From an archaeon (GTDB taxonomy: Archaea; Iainarchaeota; Iainarchaeia; Iainarchaeales; JAAZKV01): 19,698 nucleotides of DNA. Position numbers and translations under genes: made by a program. The stretch lies in NCBI GenBank assembly GCA_036170245.1, contig JAVHOV010000012.1:1-19698 (forward strand). Reading direction: 5' to 3'. This document shows, in pieces, positions 1-7,084 of this stretch; the first letter of the stretch is position 1; the number at the start of each line of letters is the position of its first letter. The notes beneath the pieces are model-generated. The model ran no database searches, was not told the origin of the DNA, and was given only the letters and a program-made list of their open reading frames with translations.

Positions 1-20
1 ATAGGAGGGCAACCTCCTAT
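1..20. terminator. Perfect 8-bp hairpin ATAGGAGG-GCAA-CCTCCTAT, possible terminator of an upstream gene
   Basis: Inverted repeat with GNRA tetraloop followed by a T-rich tract; upstream context lies outside the window. Confidence 0.45.
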
Positions 21-114
21 TTATTCCTTTATAAAGGATTTCTACAGAGCCTAAAGAGATTAAAAAATTGGCCATTGGCAGAGTTTATATACTAGTTTTT
101 TCTATTTTATTGTC

Positions 115-411
115 ATGTTTGGCAAAGATTCAAGTGGGAAAGCATCCTTAACAATTCTATTTGGGGTATTTGGAATGGTTGCTCCATTTGTTGCAATTTA
201 TATTGCAACTTTTATGGGAAAGAGTGATATTGCTTTGTTTAATAGTTCAATGTTAATGTTTTTGTCAGTTCTTTTAATGGTTTTTTTGATAATAAATTCA
301 TTCCACAATTTTTTGGAAAATAACAAAAAGACTTTTTTGCTTGGGGTAATTTTCTTATTGATGGCAATGATATCCTTTATCTTGAATTTGTCTTTTTTTA
401 TGAGCCTTTAG
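115..411 (+). CDS. Small membrane protein (about 3 TM helices), function unknown
   Basis: 98-aa hydrophobic ORF; TATA-like TTTATATA at ~84-91 gives leaderless spacing. Confidence 0.75.
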   Translation: MFGKDSSGKASLTILFGVFGMVAPFVAIYIATFMGKSDIALFNSSMLMFLSVLLMVFLIINSFHNFLENNKKTFLLGVIFLLMAMISFILNLSFFMSL

Positions 412-527
412 GTTGAAAAAATAAAAATTGCCTTTAGATTTAAATTTAATTCATTTTTGAGGAACGTTTTTAAACAAGTTGCAGGTCAATTACTATAATT
501 TTTGCCGTTTAGGTAAGGTGGGTTTAG

Positions 528-1733
528 ATGGATCACATAGTCAGAGGAGCAATTGCTCGTGCACAAGCCGAAATGAAAAAAGCAAGCATGCCACAAAAAC
601 CAGCAATGGGTGCAATAAAACCAATTGCGGTTAAGGAAACTGCTAAAGAGAAAAAAGAAAAAGGAAAGAAAAAAGGTAGAAGTCCTACTCATTCAGATAA
701 TGATTTACTTGAAATGCTTGAACATAATAAAGCAAAGATTTTGGTTATAGGGTGCGGAGGAGGCGGATGCAATACTATTGAGCGAATGGCTGAAGTTGGT
801 ATTGAAGGCGCTGTAACTTTGGCACTAAACACTGATGCACAAGACTTACTTACAACAAAATCTGATAAGAAAATTTTGATTGGAAAGAAATTAACTAGAG
901 GCCTTGGAGCAGGTTCTGACCCTAGTGTTGGAGAAAACGCTGCAAGAGAAAGTCTTGAAGAAATAACTGAAGTTTTGAAAGGCTCAGACTTAGTATTCAT
1001 TACATGCGGACTTGGGGGAGGAACAGGAACAGGTTCAGCTCCAGTAGCAGCAGAAATTGCAAAATCATGCAAAGCTCTAACTCTCGCAGTAGTAACATTA
1101 CCTTTCACAGTTGAAGGAAAGAAGAGAATGGAGAATGCTTTGTTTGGTCTTGAAAAATTGCAAGAATTCACTGATACCATAATTGTAATACCAAATGATA
1201 AGATTTTGGAAATTGCACCTGACTTACCAATCAGTGCAGCATTCAAAGTTGCTGATGAAGTATTGACAAACGCAGTTAAAGGAATAACTGAAATGGTAAC
1301 TAAACCTGGTCTGATTAACCTTGACTTTGCAGATTTAAGAACAATATTATCAAGAGGCGGAGCAGCAATGATTGGTCTAGGAGAATCAAGCAGAGGAGAA
1401 AGCGGAGAAGCAAGAGCTCTTGAAGCAATTGAAAACGCTTTAACATCACCTTTATTAGATGTTGATATCTCTGGAGCAAATAGAGCTTTGGTTAACGTTT
1501 GCGGTGGAACTGACATGACTCTAAGAGAAGCAGAGTTAATTGTAGAAACAGTTTCAACAAAAATCCACTCATCAAGCCACGTAATTTGGGGTGCAATGGT
1601 AGATCAGAATTTACCAAAGAACCACATTGAAGCGATGGTAGTAATTGCAGGTGGAAGATTCCCATACCTTGAAGGCGGAAAGAGTGCAAAGAAAGCTGGA
1701 GAAGAAATAGATTTAGGAATTGAATTCACCTGA
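528..1733 (+). CDS. ftsZ: Cell division GTPase FtsZ (FtsZ1 type)
   Basis: GCGGGGCN, NTDAQDL, tubulin signature GGGTGTG, T7 loop INLDFAD, C-terminal DLGIEF tail; lies upstream of secE-spt5. Confidence 0.98.
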   Translation: MDHIVRGAIARAQAEMKKASMPQKPAMGAIKPIAVKETAKEKKEKGKKKGRSPTHSDNDLLEMLEHNKAKILVIGCGGGGCNTIERMAEVGIEGAVTLALNTDAQDLLTTKSDKKILIGKKLTRGLGAGSDPSVGENAARESLEEITEVLKGSDLVFITCGLGGGTGTGSAPVAAEIAKSCKALTLAVVTLPFTVEGKKRMENALFGLEKLQEFTDTIIVIPNDKILEIAPDLPISAAFKVADEVLTNAVKGITEMVTKPGLINLDFADLRTILSRGGAAMIGLGESSRGESGEARALEAIENALTSPLLDVDISGANRALVNVCGGTDMTLREAELIVETVSTKIHSSSHVIWGAMVDQNLPKNHIEAMVVIAGGRFPYLEGGKSAKKAGEEIDLGIEFT

Positions 1734-1756
1734 TTAAAGGGTTGAATTCTTTTTTT
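1722..1756 (+). terminator. Imperfect hairpin plus oligo-T after ftsZ
   Basis: GAATTCACCT...GGGTTGAATTC followed by a run of T. Confidence 0.5.
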
Positions 1757-1814
1757 AATTAAAACGAGGGCTTTTAATAATTGCCCTCCAAGTATTTTTT
1801 ATTGGTGAATCAAA

Positions 1815-2000
1815 ATGAATCCTGTTGAAATGATAACAAACTTTATAGCAGATGCAAAAAGAATATTTACTGTATCAAAGAAGCCAACTATGGAAGAATA
1901 CAAAAGAATGGCCATGGTAGTTGCTTTAGGAATTGTAGTAATTGGAGTAATAGGGTACATAATTTACTTAATCTTTGCCCTAACAGGAATTGGGTTCTAA
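1815..2000 (+). CDS. secE: Protein translocase subunit SecE / Sec61-gamma
   Basis: RIFTVSKKPTMEEY motif plus single C-terminal TM helix; GGTGA RBS; conserved position after ftsZ. Confidence 0.95.
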   Translation: MNPVEMITNFIADAKRIFTVSKKPTMEEYKRMAMVVALGIVVIGVIGYIIYLIFALTGIGF

Positions 2001-2073
2001 ATAAAACTCAATTTCTTTTTCTATTTTTTTTAAAATCAAAACGCTTATTAATCACTTAATTCTTATTATTGTC

Positions 2074-2766
2074 ATGGCAATTAAAGCTAAACCAAAAAAG
2101 ACTTCGGCTAAAAACAAAAAACCAGTTCTTGCAAAATCAGTTAATACAGTTCATTACATTGATACTAAAAAACAAGGATTTTTAGAGAAAAATCTTTTGC
2201 CTTACTCATTTCCCTTGATAGTTGTGGGAATAGTATTTTTGCTTTTACTCATATTAGACTTAGCTTTGCTTATCCAAGATTCTCCTGATTTTTATATTAT
2301 AAGATTCTTGTATGTTTTGCTTTTACTTGGTTTCTTTTTGTGGAGTTTATTGATTTGTGCAATATTTGGTACTTTGACAAATTTTATAATTTTAAATGGG
2401 TTAATGCCTTTATTGAATTGTAGTTTGCAGAAACTTGATCTAAAGAATTATTTTAAAATGCCTTTATTAGTGTTTTTATTTTTATTATTATCTTTAGTTC
2501 TAAGTGCAGGAGTATTATTGCTTAATCCTTTTTTTGGATTAATTAACACAATTAATATTTCTTACTTAGTTATATTTGCTCTATTTTTAGGAAGCATTAT
2601 AATGGTAAAAAGAACTTTAGTTCCTGCTTGCAAATCAAACTTTGCAGGATATTTAGTTTCACTCATTTTTGTTTTGATAAACTATATTCAATTCCTTGTA
2701 ATATTTTCTACACTTTTTTTGGTTTTGCTTTTTACAGTTGCTTTTGTAGTTATAGGATTTGCTTAA
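2074..2766 (+). CDS. Multi-pass membrane protein with basic N-terminus, function unknown
   Basis: 230-aa ORF with about 5-6 hydrophobic segments; TATA-like TTATTAA about 25 nt upstream. Confidence 0.75.
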   Translation: MAIKAKPKKTSAKNKKPVLAKSVNTVHYIDTKKQGFLEKNLLPYSFPLIVVGIVFLLLLILDLALLIQDSPDFYIIRFLYVLLLLGFFLWSLLICAIFGTLTNFIILNGLMPLLNCSLQKLDLKNYFKMPLLVFLFLLLSLVLSAGVLLLNPFFGLINTINISYLVIFALFLGSIIMVKRTLVPACKSNFAGYLVSLIFVLINYIQFLVIFSTLFLVLLFTVAFVVIGFA

Positions 2767-2895
2767 GTCAAAAGATTTTGGCTTATGAGCAGGTTTTTAA
2801 ATCTTTCAAATGCTTGTTTCTTTGTTATTCCTACTTAGCTGGGCGAATACTCCTAAGGTTAAGTAAGAAATATTTTTGTTTAAGGTGATTAAAGA

Positions 2896-3333
2896 ATGAT
2901 ATTCCCAATTAGAACAACAGTAGGACAAGAGCAGTTAGTTGTTGATATTTTAAGCTCAAAAATTGCAAAAGAAGAATTGAATATTTACTCAATCGCAGTA
3001 GTACCAGGACTTAAAGGTTACATATTGCTTGAAGCTGATAATGAAATTACAGTTAGAAGAGGAATAACTGATACACCTCACATTAAGGGAAGCGGAATTG
3101 TTAAAGGGGCAGTTAATATTGAAGAACTTTCAAACTTACTAGAATCAAAGCCACTAATGAAGACTTTGGCAGAAGGAATGCAAGTTGAAATAATTTCAGG
3201 CCCATTCAAGGGAGAAAAAGCTAAGATTACAAGAGTAAACCAAGCTAAAGAAGAAGTAACAGTTGAATTGTTAGAAGTAGCTGTGAAAATCCCAGTTACA
3301 ATCAAAGCTGAGAACATAAAAGTTTCTGCATAA
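2896..3333 (+). CDS. spt5: Transcription elongation factor Spt5 (NusG)
   Basis: NGN domain (RTTVGQE, LKGYILLE) plus KOW motif VEIISGPFKGEKAKI; AGGTGA RBS. Confidence 0.97.
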   Translation: MIFPIRTTVGQEQLVVDILSSKIAKEELNIYSIAVVPGLKGYILLEADNEITVRRGITDTPHIKGSGIVKGAVNIEELSNLLESKPLMKTLAEGMQVEIISGPFKGEKAKITRVNQAKEEVTVELLEVAVKIPVTIKAENIKVSA

Positions 3334-3445
3334 ATTTAATGGTTACGCAAAAGTAAAAAAATTTTGGTGATGCAAATCCAAAGTTTTTTGCTTTGTTTAG
3401 TGAAAAAAGGAAAAGCTTCAAAAGGAAAAAATAAAGGTGAATGAA

Positions 3446-3919
3446 ATGGGTGAACTAAAAGTAATGATTGATGCAGGACACGCTTCTGCTGGAGCACCTC
3501 TAGGACCAGCTTTAGGGCCAACTGGAGTAAATATTGGAGAAGTTGTTGCAAAGATAAATGAAAAGACAGCAGCTTTATCAGGGATGAAAGTTCCTGTAAC
3601 AATAAAGATTAACAAAGACAAATCTTTTGATATTGAAGTTGGATTACCTCCAATAAGTGCTTTGATCAAAAAAGAATCAAAAGCAGTTAAAGGTGCAGCA
3701 AATCCTAAAACTGATGTAATGGGTAACTTGACAATAGCTCAAGTTGTTTCTATTGCAAAAACAAAATACGATAAACTTAACGCAACTTCAATGAAGAACT
3801 GTGCAAAAGTAGTTATTGGTTCATGCGATTCAATGGGAGTAACTATTGAAGGTATGTCTGCAAGAGATGCTCAAAAAGCAATCAAAGCAGGAAAATGGGA
3901 CGCAGAATTAAAAGATTGA
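3446..3919 (+). CDS. rpl11: 50S ribosomal protein uL11
   Basis: ASAGAPLGPALGPTGVN, GMKVPV, GSCDSMGV; start moved to ATG 3446 because GGTGA at 3436-3440 is the RBS. Confidence 0.97.
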   Translation: MGELKVMIDAGHASAGAPLGPALGPTGVNIGEVVAKINEKTAALSGMKVPVTIKINKDKSFDIEVGLPPISALIKKESKAVKGAANPKTDVMGNLTIAQVVSIAKTKYDKLNATSMKNCAKVVIGSCDSMGVTIEGMSARDAQKAIKAGKWDAELKD

Positions 3920-3933
3920 ATCTAAAGTTATTT

Positions 3934-3967
3934 TTGATTAATTGATTTGAAAAAATCAATTAATCAA
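3934..3967. terminator. Perfect 15-bp inverted repeat between convergent genes
   Basis: TTGATTAATTGATTT-GAAA-AAATCAATTAATCAA, followed by a T-run at about 3974-3980. Confidence 0.6.
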
Positions 3968-4017
3968 TTTCCATTTTTTTATTATTCAGCGTTTGTTATT
4001 TACTTTAATTTATTTTT

Positions 4018-4626
4018 TCAAAGATAATCGTATGCAGTGTAAAATACAACTTTTCCTTTGTAGATTCCAGCAGGGATAAAATGGTGTATTTGGGGTGTGT
4101 TTAAGTTTTCATTTGTTGCTGATATTTTTGTAAATATACCATATATTTGGCTTAATGCTTTTTGGCAACCTATAATTTCTTCTTTTGTCTTTGGGGCCCA
4201 TTGGTTTATTTTTTCAAGAAGCAAATAATTTTTGGTTATTCCAAATAATTTAGGGGTTCTTAAAATATAACTTACTTTTTCTCTCATCTTGTTTTTTCTA
4301 AAAAATTCATGGTGCAATTTAATGAACTGCCTGATTTCATTATCTTTTATACTTTTTTTAGAATGCCCTTGATAGTAGCTTCCTTCAGTATCTTTTACTG
4401 CAAATTCAACTCCATTAAATTTAAACACTCTTACAGATTCACTTGATTTTTTATTAGGCATCATTTTAGTAAATTTGTGAAATGATTCTGGATCAGAAAA
4501 ATTATTTTTAATAAACTCAAGTGCTTCTTGTGCAACTTTTGGAGTAGGAAGATTTCTTCTAAAAGCAGGCTGTTTGAAGATTCTTAATGTTCGAACTTTT
4601 CTTCTCCTCAAACTAAGTGGCTTCAT
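4018..4626 (-). CDS. Hypothetical protein, possibly degenerate kinase-like fold
   Basis: Open frame; likely start ATG 4626 (MKPLSLRRRK) with TTAAATA about 25 nt upstream on the minus strand; FAVK and PKLFG..YLLLEKI motifs. Confidence 0.7.
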   Translation of the reverse strand: MKPLSLRRRKVRTLRIFKQPAFRRNLPTPKVAQEALEFIKNNFSDPESFHKFTKMMPNKKSSESVRVFKFNGVEFAVKDTEGSYYQGHSKKSIKDNEIRQFIKLHHEFFRKNKMREKVSYILRTPKLFGITKNYLLLEKINQWAPKTKEEIIGCQKALSQIYGIFTKISATNENLNTPQIHHFIPAGIYKGKVVFYTAYDYL

Positions 4627-4735
4627 AACTATTGAATGATTTAGTAAGTATTTAACATTTTTCAGAGCTAATTTTGGCAAGCTTGCCATCAACCTTTATA
4701 AACCTTTCACAATCATTTTTCTTATATAACAAAAA

Positions 4736-4800
4736 GCCTAAAACTATTTAGGCCGTTGTTCAATTGATTTTGGACAGTACCACTTCGGTGGAAGGTGTTG
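4736..4800 (+). promoter_or_regulatory. Structured 5' leader of the rpl1-rpl10-rpl12 operon
   Basis: TTTATAAA at 4695-4702; hairpins GCCTAAA/TTTAGGC, GTTGTTCAA/TTGGACAGT and CCAC-TTCG-GTGG next to the AGGTG RBS. Confidence 0.5.
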
Positions 4801-4804
4801 AAAG

Positions 4805-5464
4805 ATGAGAAAAGATACAGCTTTAGCAGCATTAAAAAAACTGCACGAAATCGCTCCTAAGAGAAACTTCTCTCAGAGTGTTGAACTAATGATTAATTTT
4901 ACTGGGCTTGATATGAAGAAGCCAACTAACCAAGTTAACTTAAAAATTTCTTTACCTCACCCAACTGGAAAGGGTAGTGGAAAAGTTGCAGTTTTTGCTA
5001 AAACTGATGTAATGGCTGATTCTTTGAAAGGGAAAGTTGATAAAATAATAATGGATAAAGAAATTGAAGGCCTTGTAAAAGACAAAGTAAAAATGGCTGA
5101 ATTGTTTTCTTTTGATGCATTATTTGCTGAAGGACCATCAATGCTTACTGTTGCTAAATACTTAGGACAGCAATTAGCTCCTAAAGGAAAAATGCCAAAG
5201 CCAATTGTAAGTGCTGCTCTATTTGAAGAAGCATTGGCTAAAGCAAGAACTCAAATTACAGTTTCAAATAAGAAAGGAAAGTTCATGCCTGTTGTTCACG
5301 CATTAATTGGTAAAGAAGGAATGAAGGACGAGGACATGGTTGAAAATATGATAACTGTTTATGATGCAGTTATGGCTGCACTTCCTCAGAAGAAGCAGAA
5401 CATAAAGAATGAATATGTTAAACTTACAATGAGCCCAGCAATTAAGGTTGGTGATGCTGAATGA
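4805..5464 (+). CDS. rpl1: 50S ribosomal protein uL1
   Basis: KRNFSQSVELMIN, LPHPTG, LGQQLAPKGKMPKP, VKLTMSP. Confidence 0.97.
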   Translation: MRKDTALAALKKLHEIAPKRNFSQSVELMINFTGLDMKKPTNQVNLKISLPHPTGKGSGKVAVFAKTDVMADSLKGKVDKIIMDKEIEGLVKDKVKMAELFSFDALFAEGPSMLTVAKYLGQQLAPKGKMPKPIVSAALFEEALAKARTQITVSNKKGKFMPVVHALIGKEGMKDEDMVENMITVYDAVMAALPQKKQNIKNEYVKLTMSPAIKVGDAE

Positions 5465-6261
5465 CGTCTCACACAAAGAAATGGAAAGCAAATAAAAGAA
5501 TAGAAATTGCAAAGTTAGCTAAAGATTATCCAGTTATAGCAATAGCTACTCTTAATCAATTACCTGCAAGTATTACTTCAGTTTTGAAAAAGAAATTGAA
5601 AGGAAAAGCAGAAGTTAGAGTTGCAAAGACTAGAGTAATAAGAAAAGCATTTATTGAATCTGGTATTGACACTAAAAAGATTGATGCAATAGTTGCAGAA
5701 AGTGTTTTAGTAATATTTTCAAAAATAAATCCTTTTGAATTGTTCTCTTTTGTTAAGAAAAACAAAGGTAGTGCAGCAGCAAAAGAAAATGATGTAGCTG
5801 ACAATGATATTTTAGTTCAAGCAGGAGACACAGGTCTTCCTCCTGGACCAGTTTTGTCAACACTTAAAGCAGCTGGCCTTGAAGTTAAAGTTGCAGGTCC
5901 TACAATTGCAATTTCAAAAGATAAAGTTGTTGCAAAGAAAGGAGAAGCAATTAAGAAAGAAGTTGCTGATGTTTTAGGAAAATTAAATATCAAACCAATG
6001 AAGATTGGAATGAAAATAATGGGTGTACTTGATAGAACTGAAAATGTATTCTATCCTGCAAGTTCCCTTGATATAGATGAAGAAGAATTGTTCGAGAAAT
6101 TCGTTCTAGCTCACAACCAAGCTGTAAACTTGTCTGTGAATGCAGAAATATATAACGAAGTTTCAACAGAATTGATAGTTGTTAAGGCACAAAGAGAAGC
6201 TAGTGGAGTACAAAAAGCAGTTGATGCTTCTACTCCCAGCGAATCTGGAGCTACACAATAA
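5461..6261 (+). CDS. rpl10: 50S ribosomal protein uL10 (P0), C-terminally shortened
   Basis: DILVQAGDTGLPPGP, LGKLNIKPMKIG; ATGA overlap with the rpl1 stop. Confidence 0.95.
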   Translation: MTSHTKKWKANKRIEIAKLAKDYPVIAIATLNQLPASITSVLKKKLKGKAEVRVAKTRVIRKAFIESGIDTKKIDAIVAESVLVIFSKINPFELFSFVKKNKGSAAAKENDVADNDILVQAGDTGLPPGPVLSTLKAAGLEVKVAGPTIAISKDKVVAKKGEAIKKEVADVLGKLNIKPMKIGMKIMGVLDRTENVFYPASSLDIDEEELFEKFVLAHNQAVNLSVNAEIYNEVSTELIVVKAQREASGVQKAVDASTPSESGATQ

Positions 6262-6281
6262 TTACATTGAGAGGTGAAAGT

Positions 6282-6572
6282 ATGCAATACGTATACGCAG
6301 CTATGTTGCTTCATTCAGGAAAGCAAGAAGTAAATGAGGCAAACGTTGAGTCTGTATTAAAGGCAACTAAGGTTGATTTTGATACAACTAAAGTAAAAGC
6401 AATGGTAGCTTCATTGAAAAATATAAACATAGACGATGCTATAGCAAAAGCAGCAATTGCAGCGGTGGCAGCACCAGCAGCAGGCGCAGCAGCTCCAGCA
6501 GCGGAAGAAAAGAAAGAAGAAAAGAAAACAGAAGAAGAAGCAGCGGCTGGTCTTGGCGCACTATTCGGATAG
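6282..6572 (+). CDS. rpl12: 50S ribosomal stalk protein P1 (archaeal L12)
   Basis: MQYVYAAMLLH start after GAGGTGA RBS; Ala-rich hinge; EEEAAAGLGALFG C-terminus. Confidence 0.97.
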   Translation: MQYVYAAMLLHSGKQEVNEANVESVLKATKVDFDTTKVKAMVASLKNINIDDAIAKAAIAAVAAPAAGAAAPAAEEKKEEKKTEEEAAAGLGALFG

Positions 6573-6787
6573 ATATCCTGAAAAGTATGCACCTTTCACC
6601 AAGTGTTGCTTAAATTGTTAGTTTTAGTTGTGGGTAAAACCACAATTAAAATTCAACAATAACTATTTCTAATAAGCATTTTTTTACTAGAATTTAGTAC
6701 AGTTGTCTAAATTTTTTGACGAAAAATTTGTTTGAGTTAACTAATTCTGGCTAAGTATTTATATAAGTTAAGCACGTTCTATAATTG

Positions 6788-6955
6788 GAAATTAATTCAT
6801 ACAAGTTGTGAGTTAGTTTCAATAGAGAGAGTTGTTACCCAATTTAAGATTGGGTACAGTTAAGGGGAAGCAGTGATGAGGGAATGTGCTCACCAACATG
6901 TGGCGTACCAAGAAAAATGGTTATAATTCTCTTCATTTTCCCCTTGTAGGGGGGT
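6788..6955 (+). ncRNA. Candidate structured non-coding RNA of unrecognised family
   Basis: TTTATATA at 6758-6765, several G-U-containing stems, raised GC relative to flanks, downstream T-tracts, no ORF in the track. Confidence 0.4.
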
Positions 6956-7084
6956 AGTATTTTTAATTTCTAATTTTTCTGATTTTATAATAATTAATGC
7001 TTTTATTTTGTGATTTTTCATTTATTTTTCAAAAATTTTTTAATAGTAGATGGGTTTTAATACTAAAACTTCTTTTATTTTGGC

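Noticed and set aside
689..1516. 275-aa antisense ORF, and other shadow ORFs opposite smc, the ATPase, rpl genes and 12728-13318
   Set aside because: Fully overlap well-supported genes on the other strand or frame and carry no recognisable motifs
6450..6550. GCA/GAA repeat-like sequence
   Set aside because: Encodes the normal Ala-rich hinge and acidic tail of P1; not a DNA repeat element
6825..6933. Resemblance to RNase P RNA ends, SRP RNA or a cobalamin riboswitch (TTAAGGGGAAGCAGTG)
   Set aside because: Lacks the GAGGAAAGUCC P4 strand, the SRP helix 8 motif and the remaining cobalamin riboswitch core
6873..6935. C box-like GTGATGA suggesting a C/D box sRNA
   Set aside because: No CTGA D box at the expected distance of about 50-60 nt
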